A DNA stretch of 64,000 nucleotides from Oikopleura dioica (lineage: Eukaryota; Animalia; Chordata): assembly GCA_907165135.1 (NCBI GenBank), contig OU015570.1:2067929-2131928 (forward strand). Reading direction: 5' to 3'. The translations under genes and the position numbers were made by a program. The notes beneath the pieces are model-generated. The model searched no databases. It was not told where the DNA came from and was given only the letters and a program-made list of their open reading frames with translations. Shown one piece after another: positions 1 to 9,255 of this stretch (position 1 is its first letter; each line of letters starts with the position of its first letter).

Positions 1-8
1 CGCACTAA

Positions 9-155
9 ATGGCGCGCCGACGAAGGAGCAAGAAGAAGCAATCGCCGATTGCATTCCTTGTGACGACCCGAGGCAAAGTACTGTCTCTCTCGAAACGAGG
101 AATTGTGTCTCGACCCAAGAAACGACCCAGCACCAAGCGACGAAGGCGAAGATGA
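9..155 (+). CDS. 48-aa Arg/Lys-rich protamine-like protein (candidate virion core protein)
   Basis: Hand translation MARRRRSKKKQSPIAFLVTTRGKVLSLSKRGIVSRPKKRPSTKRRRRR*; ATG at 9, TGA at 153-155; too short for the ORF track; sits just upstream of the capsid gene. Confidence 0.55.
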   Translation: MARRRRSKKKQSPIAFLVTTRGKVLSLSKRGIVSRPKKRPSTKRRRRR

Positions 156-253
156 TTATGCTCGTGGCAATTTTGGTCACCTATATTGTCCTCGTTGTTT
201 TCCGATTTATTGATTGTGCTCGTATATTGGAATATTTGAAAAAGCTTGTGTAA
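152..253 (+). CDS. 33-aa single-TM micro-protein
   Basis: MIMLVAILVTYIVLVVFRFIDCARILEYLKKLV*; its ATG overlaps the previous stop (ATGA at 152-155). Confidence 0.4.
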   Translation: MIMLVAILVTYIVLVVFRFIDCARILEYLKKLV

Positions 254-279
254 CCCAGCTGTAATATAATGCGTTTAGA

Positions 280-2212
280 ATGGCCAACGAAAATTATGGA
301 AATCTCATGTTCTTTCGCGGAAGAAAGCGCGAACTAAAAGAAACTCTGGATCCGTACAAGGGCTACAGAGTGGTGTCTCGACTTGCAAAGGATGATTGCC
401 CGGAAATTTTTCGCTTTGAAGTGCCCGACGACGGGTGTAGGGCGGCTACGTTCGAAATTTCGAACGCCGTTCGAGATTTTTCGAACGCCGTTCGAAAAAT
501 TTCTGAAATTGCTTATAAAAATGAGCTCGTATGCGCTCCGCGCCTGATTTGTAAGAAAACTCCTTCATAATGATGTCAACTTCATCTACTTACACGATGA
601 CATTGATTTAAGCTCATTCTTAGGTCAAGATTTTTCGGAAATTTCGAACGCCGTTCGAAAAATGGGCCCAAAACCGATTTCGAACGGGACCGCCCGCCAC
701 CCCCGACGACAAGCACAGCCTTAAATTATCTCAGTGCATGTTTGGCTGCAATTTTAAAATGCCCTCAAATTATGTACCCGATAATGATATTTTGAGGGGA
801 AACAACTAAATTTGGTCGAGAATCGGCAACAGTTTGCCACCGAGCTGTGGGAGACGGCCGAGATAAAGCAAAAATTTGTCAAAGAAGACGGTAATGATAT
901 CTGGATCCCGTATGAGAGACTCTTTCACGAGTACGAAGTTCGGGCTCCGATTATGCACGGCTTGTGCAGACAAGGACGAGTGCTCCCAGCCGGCACGCGG
1001 GTACAAATCGAACTCACCATGAATGAACAATGTTATGCTATTATGCGACATTCCATGTATCAAAAGTGCCGAGCCAAAATGTCCCAGCTCGATCAAGTCA
1101 GAATGCCCCTTCCTGACGAAATTGAAACTTTTGAAAAAATATCGGGGAGCACACGAATTCGGGCCAATGCGATTGCGCTGAAAAATTAAAGGCTAAAAAA
1201 TTAAACGGGTAATTGAAAAGTTCAACCCTGAAGTCTCTCCATACAGCGCCGACGAAGTCAACATCAAGGCAACCGACATCAAAACCAAGGCTGCCAATGG
1301 AACGGATTTAAAATGGTGGCGACCCCACGACATTATCGAAGACATGGTCAAGACAGAAGAAATTGAAGGACAAGAAAACTTTGCCGACGACGAAAAGATG
1401 ATCTACTTTTTCAGGGAAAACAAGCTCAATGCAAAAGAACGACTTAATCCGCGAAACTTTTTGATGGAATCTGTCTTTTGCGATCCAAAACCGATTCCGA
1501 AAGACCAATTTCAACAGGGCGGGATGGTGAATGTGTAATTCCATTTTACTATCCGAAATTCACCCGAAAGACACTTGGAACTGGAATGAGCGAGTACGAC
1601 ATTGAGCTGAGCGCAGGACCTGTTCCCAAAATGATCATCTTTACAGGAATGCCCTATTCTCAAGCTAGTACAATGACATTTGAAAAGTGCATTTCAAAGA
1701 CAACAATGGAGCACCCATCTTTTAAAATTCAAGAATTTACCATTTACATTGACGGGCAGCCTGCATATCGATCTCCTTGGTCAACTGCAACTCAGCACTA
1801 CATCAACTTTATGAAGCACAATGGACGATGGGAGAATGCAGCTACAGCTAGCGGACTCGATTATTTTGTCTTTAAAGGGCAAAATTGGTTGGTGCCGCTC
1901 ATTTTCGACAATGATGGCGAGGGGCAAACGGCACTTGTCACTGCAAAAATCAAATTTGCGGATACGCTTGTGCAACAATGGGATGCAATGATTATGCGAT
2001 TGCCAGTGCGAGAGCTGTTTTTGGACGCCAAAGCTCGAGGTACTTTTTGCCCAGTTAATTCTACTTATTATTATTGTTATTATTATTATTCAGAGGCATC
2101 TGTGGTGGGAACCGCTCGAGTCATGAAGACGACGGCTTGTGGCACCAAACGAAGGGCCGAAACTATCCCACCGCCTCCCAAGGTTGCGCCCAAACGAAGA
2201 CGAAAGGGCTAA
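280..2212 (+). pseudogene. Polinton/adintovirus double-jelly-roll major capsid protein (hexon-like), disrupted by a MITE and frameshifts
   Basis: Motifs in the expected order: EIFRFEVP; EVRAPIMHGLCRQGRVLPAGTRVQIELT; GPVPKMIIFTG; IQEFTIYIDGQP; VTAKIKFADTL...ELFLD. C-terminal basic tail PKRRRKG; 54-nt GT-AG intron 2040-2093; AATAAA at 2232. Confidence 0.75.
433..702. mobile_element. MITE inserted in the capsid gene
   Basis: Imperfect TIRs gggtgtagggcggctacgttcgaaa / tttcgaacgggaccgcccgccaccc; 8-bp TSD ccgacgac (425-432, 703-710); removal restores ...FEVPDD-KHSLKLSQC. Confidence 0.85.
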
Positions 2213-2281
2213 TTATTTATGTATACATTCAAATAAATGTTGTTTTATTGAAAAAAGTCTTTTTATTCAATTATTGAAAAA

Positions 2282-5200
2282 ATGAAAGTTTCAAGGTTTT
2301 TAATAAATCGTGAAAAGCCTGAATCTGAAGGTGCTCGCAAGCGCCGTAATCGCTTTTGTATTCGAATCGTCAAGGCGAGAGATTTCGTTCGCGTGCATCC
2401 GACGACTCTTCTGACTCTGATGATGATGAAGGCTGCAAGACCAACTTTTTCCACGCAGTCAAGCTGGGAATAAATTGGCACCGTCTGTCTGGAGGTTAGC
2501 AGCCCAAAACAATTTCGCGCGCCTTGTGGGATAAAATTGTAACTGTCAATGTTGATGATTTGGTTGCCGAGTTTGGCACTCCAAAACGCAGCGATTTTCC
2601 TCGTATTGAAGAGCGACTCGGAATTGATCTCTACATTTTGTATTGGGGCCGCTATGCGCCTCTGGGAATCTCATATAGGCCCTACAGAACTTCTGGACCT
2701 TGCTGTATTCGAAACGCGCTTGGCGAGCTAGAAAAACTCGACCGCGATCGGCCGCTAGTTGTTTTGCAGAGTAGTAGGCCGTTTTACCATCGCTTGGGCA
2801 CTTTCCATTTTATTCCAACTCGCCACGTGGCAGAAGATTTTGACAAAAATTGGATTTCCGTTTGGAGAGCCATTGTCGATTGCAAATGGCCAAAGTTGAG
2901 CCGGCAAGAGCAGGATTTGAAAATCGAGTACGTGAAAAAGAGCTGACTCTGGCGGAAAATGAGCGCTTTTCGATTTCCGATGGAGTTCTTGGTCGGATAA
3001 GATCTCGATTTGGAGTCAACATTATGCTTTACACGGGCAATGTTGTCAACGCCAATGTGCGAGATCGTCGTTGTTATTATGCCACTCAAAAGCCACAAGC
3101 AGCTGCATCTTCTCGTTGCCGGACACACAAGCGACACTTTTCTGGACCAATTTGAGAAATTTGCCAACGTGAGTTACAAGCGCCTCAAAGCCGAGCCCTG
3201 GAGAAACCCTGGCCTCGCTGCTCATCCCCACTGGCGAAAAAGTCGACTCGAAAAGTATCCCGACAGTTTGAGAGAAATGGCCGCTGGAGCCGGAGCCGCC
3301 ACTGGAGCAGCGACTGGAGCAGCCACTGAAGCAGCGACTGGAGCAGCCACTGGAGCAGCCACTGGAGCAGTCGCTGGAGAAGCCGCTGGAGAAGCCACTG
3401 GAGCAGCCGTTGGTGCCGACTACGCCGACGACTACCACTGCGCCGACTACGACTGTGTCGACTACGACTGTGTCGACTACGACAGTGCTCCAGACGAGCG
3501 ATGCCACGACGACGACGACGACAACGACGACGACGTTGACCTCTTTCCCGAGTACGACAGCGATGCCACCGATATTGAAAACGATGACAACGAGCCAATT
3601 CGAAATTTGGGAGGACTTGTGCCCAATGTATTTGACGAAAATACCCGCGTGCGAGTGCTTCAAGGTACCGAAGTTAAAGATATGCCGCGCTGTCCAACAC
3701 AAAACTGTCCGTATACAAACGATCGCCTCGCTCGAATGAGAGATCACATTAAAAGTGCACTCTAGAGCAAAGGCGAATAATCACGCAAACGGTGCGAGGC
3801 CGCCATGTGACCAACTTTATGAAGGAAATTGTCAAAGACGGCTATTTGCCACACGAGCAATTTGTCCAAACTTTTTATATAACCTACGACATAGAATCGG
3901 TCATGTCGAGCGACTCGCTTGGCCGAATTGCGTCAATCTATGGCTACGAAAACAACAACGAGAGCGATGGCGAGGACAATGGCGGCGACGAGATGCAAGT
4001 CGACAACAATTGCGTCTCAATCAATGGGTCAATGCAGGCACTGCCGACACATTTGCAACGCCCAAAAAATCGAAAAAGCAAAAAGAGCAAAGCAAGAGCC
4101 GCCGCTTTCCGATCACAAATTTCACAATGTCGTCTCAATTGCTTGCATGACTAGCGATGGAGAAAAGGAGTGGTTTTTGAGAAAAGATCTCAACTATGAA
4201 AGCGGTATTATTATGGCGGCCAAGTTTGTCAAGTATTTGTCCAAGCTGAGGCAGCGCGCGGCCGAAAAATTACCTCCATGTCTCCAGCAAGGGATCGACA
4301 TGTACTCTCACCAGCTGAGCAAAGAAGTCAAGGATCAATTTACGCCCGAAGAGCAAGGAGTCATTCGCAAAAAGCTCAACTACCTCAAAGACTTTTTCAA
4401 ACTCAAGTGCTATGCGTGGAATGGAGAAAGCTACGATTTGCGAATACTGATGCCGCTGCTGACTTCGGTGCTGTACGATTTTGTTGGAAGGGAATCGAAT
4501 CAGCTCAACATAATCAAACGCGACGGGGGCTACATGATGCTTGAATGCGCTGGGATAAGTTTTCGAGACTTTATGAACCACGTGGTCCCGATTTCTCTTG
4601 AAAAATTTGCTCGATCGTTCAACTTGGATCCAGCCGCTTTCTCAAAAGGCATTTTCCCCTATGACCTGTTTACCGACATGGAAACAATGTATCAGACAAC
4701 TCAATTGCCGCCCTATCCGGCTTTCTCGTCTTCGCTCTACATTCCGTGCAAAGATCATGCGCTGGAAATGAACGCCATTATCAAGGGCAAGTTTGAATCG
4801 GGCGAGTGGACGCAGCGAGAGGACTTTTTCGAAAAATTGGACGAGTACCTCGGTCTGGAGCGTCTGTACGATTCTCCTGCGCTCAAAGATTTGCCGCCAG
4901 ATTGTCCTCCCACAATGATCCAGTACATTTATTCGCATTTTGAATGGAAGGGCGATTGCTACGAGTGCGATGCCAAAAACGAAGCCGTCAAGAAAATGTT
5001 TCACATTTCATCAAAAGCCTACAATGAAAGTCTTGGCCTTTGGGATGAGATTGCGAAAAGCGTCAAAAACATGCACATGGTTCAATTTCTAGTCAACTAC
5101 AATTTAAACGATGTGCGATTGCTAACCGCGGCGATTGATGCTTATTCGAAAAAGTGTCTCGAAGTATTTGGACTTGGCGCACATGGAGGACTCTCGATTG

Positions 5201-7499
5201 CCCAGCTGGCCCAAACTGCAGCATTTATGCACTTTGATGAACAATTGCCGCCAATTATTTCGCCACCCAAAGAGGCAGAAGGCTTTTACAATGATTTTCG
5301 CGAAAATCTTACTGGCGGCATCTGTCAGTCTGTACACCGAGCAGTTAATCTCAATGGGCCCAGCGACCTGCCCAAAGAGCTCTGGCAATCTACAAATGGA
5401 GAAGCCTTTTGCGACTTTACAGTTTACGATTTCAATGCACTCTATGGACACATGGCTCGTCAACCGCTTCCAATTGGCGCGGGATTGCTGTACAAGCGAC
5501 AGACGAGCAATTTCAACAATTTTAGAGCGACCCCGCTCTTCCGCAAAAAGAAAATCCTTCGCTCGAGTCGATCCGCTACCTCGAGTACCTCAACAAAAAC
5601 TTTATGGGCGATCGCATCAAACATGCCTACAATTTTGTCGAAAAAGATTGGGCGATATTCAATAGATGGCTTTGCTACACTTTCAAAAACTTTTACCAAC
5701 AGCGATGGCGAGCAAATTGTTCAAAAGCTGCTTGTCGAATACAATGGCTGCCATTTTCATCCGTGTCCGCTTCGTCGCTGCAAAAAGGTGCTGAGCAAAT
5801 CAGCTCGAACTCGTCGAGTTTGTGTCAATGGCAAATTTGTCAAAAGGGTTCTTTCAACTTCCGAAACAGTCCAACTCGAAATTGAGCGCATCCATTCGAT
5901 TGTCGACACAATGAGAGAGCAAGACAAGATGCAATAATGGGGAAAGCCTTCTATTGACGGCGAGCTGCATGTTCAAGGTCTCCAAGGTCCACAAAATTTC
6001 CACCACGTTTTGCGCATCAAATACGACTGCGAATGGATCAAGGAAAAGTCGGTGATTTTGAGAAAGCGTCCCGAGATGCTCTACACTGTCTACAGTGCAG
6101 ACTATCCATTTTTGTTTGACGAAGTCGTTGGCGAAAATGACGTTAGGGAAACCTTTGCTCGTCGCATCGAGGGCAACAAGACGCAATTCTTTGGATTTAT
6201 TATGGTTGATTTGAAGGCGACACAAGAAGTTTATGAACGCCATCCCGACATTCCGCCAATTTTTGCGCGAGTAAAGCTCGAAGCTGGAGACTGCCAAGGA
6301 CACATTGATCGCATCATCCCACCCGATGTCAAGAAGCGAATGTTTCCCAAGGAAGACAACATCTTTTGTTACAACAAGGAAAACTACTTGTGCACGAGCG
6401 ATATGCTCGCCTATTTGATTGACCAAGGCTACGAGTATGAAATAAAGTACTTTGTCAACTACTACCGAGGTGCGCCATTTGCCAACTTTGTCAACAAAAT
6501 GGTCAAGGAGCGAATCGAGTGCGAGAAAAAGGGCGACGACGCTGGTTCAAACATGTACAAGCTCTTTTTGAACTCGTTTGTTGGAAAATTTGCCCAAGCA
6601 AATCATCGCTTTGCAAATACAAAAATTGTCGGTGCTGATCGTCTCCGCGAGTGCTTTGAAAGCTCAATGTTCAAAGCTTATAAGCCGATTCGCGTCGAGG
6701 ATGTGGCAATGGACCCGCTTCATGAAGTTGTCATGCGCAAGTCGACCGTTATTGAGAATTTGGCACTTCATATCCAGGTTGCAATTCATCAAAACTCGAA
6801 GCTGCATTTATTGCAGTTCAAGGACATAATCAAGGATTTCATGATTCCTGGAACTGTGAAATTTTGCTACTGCGATACAGACTCGCTGGCTTATGCTCGA
6901 ACAAGACCAACTCTGAAAGCGTGCGTCAAGCCGCACTTGGTGAAAATGTGGGAGAAAGCTGTCGAGCCGCAATGGTTTGCCGGGCAATCGGTGGAAAGTC
7001 AAAAGGAGCCAGGGCTGCTGAAAGAAGAGGCATCGATCCAATCGGGCTGGTTTATAACACTTTCCCCAAGTGTTATGCATTGTGCCCAAAAGAGCCCTGC
7101 GAGCTGGAGAAGCAAATTGTCGACCCAAAGAATGAGCATCGAACGCTGGAAATTTTGCAAACCTTTGCCGAAAGACGGAGCCCGTACGGGAGCCCAAAAT
7201 TACAAAAAGTCGACCAAGGGATGCAAGACCAAGATTCAGCTTTCGTAAGTAGCCGTGAGCAATCGTTTATTACTGCGAGTTTCAGGTTTTACGAGTTTCT
7301 GTGCGCTGTATTTGGAATCGATTATTACCAGCGAGTGACGCGAGATGTGGCCCAGTTTATGTGGAATCGAAAGCGCGACAGAATGGAAACGGTGACAACA
7401 ACACGCAAGGTCATTAATCCAATACTGACAAAGCGACTGATTTTGGCGGACAAGGTTACTACTCGACCCCTCAGGCGTGCAAATGGATCTCTAATTTAG
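2282..7499 (+). CDS. polB: Protein-primed family B DNA polymerase (Polinton type), frameshifted as assembled, with at least one intron
   Basis: Exonuclease motifs YAWNGESYD, FRDFMNHVVPISLEKFARSF, KGIFPYD, YNLNDVRLL. Polymerase motifs YDFNALY, KLFLNSFVGKFAQ, YCDTDS, KSTKG, and C-terminal KRLILADKVTTRPL. Intron 7245-7285 (GTAAGT...TTTCAG, 41 nt) joins KIQLS to FYEFL. The start position is uncertain. Confidence 0.9.
3281..3540 (+). repeat. Coding tandem repeats in the PolB N-terminal region (12-bp gccactggagca, 15-bp gactacgactgtgtc, poly-Asp)
   Basis: Directly visible; translate to (ATGA)n, (DYDCV)n and D-runs. Confidence 0.85.
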
Positions 7500-7599
7500 C
7501 TGTCTTTTTCTTATTTCTAGCTCTTTTCTAAATGTTTCTAAGCTGTCTTTCCGTAAATAAAAACATAAAACTAGTTTCCATCAAAAATCTATTTGCAGA

Positions 7600-8028
7600 A
7601 TGAGAGGTTTTCGTGAGCGTCTGAGTGAAACAGTCGAGTACATTCGCCAACAAAGAAGTCGGTATCGGCGTTCTGTTCCGTTGAGGCCGCCCGTGCGCGA
7701 AAGTGTGCGAAATTCCGTGGATGTCGATAAGCAAAATGATTACGAGTTGTCGCCAGAAGAGCTCGAGTGGTATTATCCTGCGTCGCGAAACATTATCAAT
7801 TGGGAGAGTGAAAGTGACAATCTTGGAGAAGGAACAATAGCGGACATTAAATTTCTCAACGAGCTTATACCCAACAACAACAAGGCGAGCGCTTATCCCA
7901 ATCCCGAGGAATATTTTGAGCCCATTGAAGAAGAGTGTTTGTATGCGCTGGATTCTCCATTGCAATATGCGCCCATTTACTTTATTCGTAAGTATTTCGG
8001 ACGAGCTGTTGTAAATTGGCTTGACTAG
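7600..8028 (+). CDS. Hypothetical protein, 142 aa
   Basis: Intact ORF following tttgcag and flanked by AT-rich spacers; no recognisable motif. Confidence 0.6.
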   Translation: MRGFRERLSETVEYIRQQRSRYRRSVPLRPPVRESVRNSVDVDKQNDYELSPEELEWYYPASRNIINWESESDNLGEGTIADIKFLNELIPNNNKASAYPNPEEYFEPIEEECLYALDSPLQYAPIYFIRKYFGRAVVNWLD

Positions 8029-8144
8029 AACTAGAAATTCAAATTTTAAATGCTGCAAAATTGAAACGCAAGTATAAATTTTTAACATTATGGCTATCTA
8101 TAAATGGTAATTATGGTTAAGGAGATCATTGGGACCATCACAAA

Positions 8145-8597
8145 ATGTCATTTGCCGGAGACAGATGGAAACGCTACTACGAGTTGTGCAATCGCTACAG
8201 CATCACTTTGCTCAACACGTGGGACATTCAAGAGACGGTGCGGAAAATTGCCTACAATCTCAATGGGCTGCTGCGTGTTCAAGTCGACGCCTTTTACACG
8301 ACAATAAGTTCTAGAAGACTGCGCGATCGACAGGGAAACTTGCAGGAAATGAGCCCCAAGGTGAGGATCGTATATCCCAACACCTGGGGCTCAGTAAACG
8401 ACACCGAACTGCTCGTCACTCCCAACGACATTGACCAACTCGTGAGCGAACTTGAGCCCGACGCCTTCAAGAACAAGCTCCTGATCAACACGTTTCAGCG
8501 GCGCAACGTGTTTCAAGACTCGAACGTTCGCCTCCATCGCCTCCTCGCTTACCAAGTCATGGTATACACGTTTCCGCCTTCGTGGATACATTCCTAG
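8145..8597 (+). CDS. Hypothetical Polinton protein, 150 aa, resembling a domain found N-terminal in some Polinton PolBs
   Basis: Intact ORF with TATAAA near 8099; pattern LRVQVDAFY...VRIVYP...LLVTPNDIDQL...DSNVRLHRLLAYQVMVY. Confidence 0.6.
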   Translation: MSFAGDRWKRYYELCNRYSITLLNTWDIQETVRKIAYNLNGLLRVQVDAFYTTISSRRLRDRQGNLQEMSPKVRIVYPNTWGSVNDTELLVTPNDIDQLVSELEPDAFKNKLLINTFQRRNVFQDSNVRLHRLLAYQVMVYTFPPSWIHS

Positions 8598-8619
8598 CTC
8601 GACTCTGCTTCGCCTTCTT

Positions 8620-9060
8620 CAATTCTGTTTCAACCCTGCTTCTTTCAACCTGCTCCTTCAACCTGCTTCTTCAACTCTGCTTTTCAACCCTGCTTTTTCA
8701 CAACTTTGCTATTCCAACTTTTGTAAAGAAAACGCCGTTTTAGATGAATATTTACAATGTTTTATTGGCAGTTTCAATCATGTTTAGAAAGTGGTTTTGA
8801 AATTTTTTGGATTTTTGGCTTTTGCATAAATACAGGGCATAAATTGGCGAAAAAGGGCATAAATTGGCGAAAAGGGCATAAATAACGAAAAGGGCATAAA
8901 TTGGCGATAAAAGCATAAATAACGAAAAGTGCATAAATTGGCGAGAAAAGGCGAAAATGTACAAATGTGTTGCAAATGTGCGAGTAAAGTAAAAGGTGCG
9001 AATAAAGTTATAGGTGCGAGTAAAGTTACAGGTGCAAATAAAGTTACAAGTGCGAAAAAA
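8620..9060. repeat. Three adjacent degenerate tandem arrays (ttcaaccctgct; gggcataaattggcgaaaa; aaagttacaggtgcgagt)
   Basis: Visible repeats at the point where plus- and minus-strand gene blocks converge. Confidence 0.75.
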
Positions 9061-9255
9061 TGGTGCCACAGAAAAAGGCCAAAAAGGGGCCACGCATGTA
9101 TCTCTCACATTCCTAAAATTCCTTGAACTTTTCAAACATGTATCCTTTTCTAACATCTTTCGTGCATTGGGGTGCAGGACAGGCTTGCTTGGGTGCTTGG
9201 GGAGCTTGGTTGAAGACACTTCATCGTGAGAAGGGCGTTATAAAAACAAATCTGA

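Noticed and set aside
433-713. Capsid-gene MITE acting as a precise intron
   Set aside because: GT at 435 or 437 with AG at 712-713 does not restore the frame.
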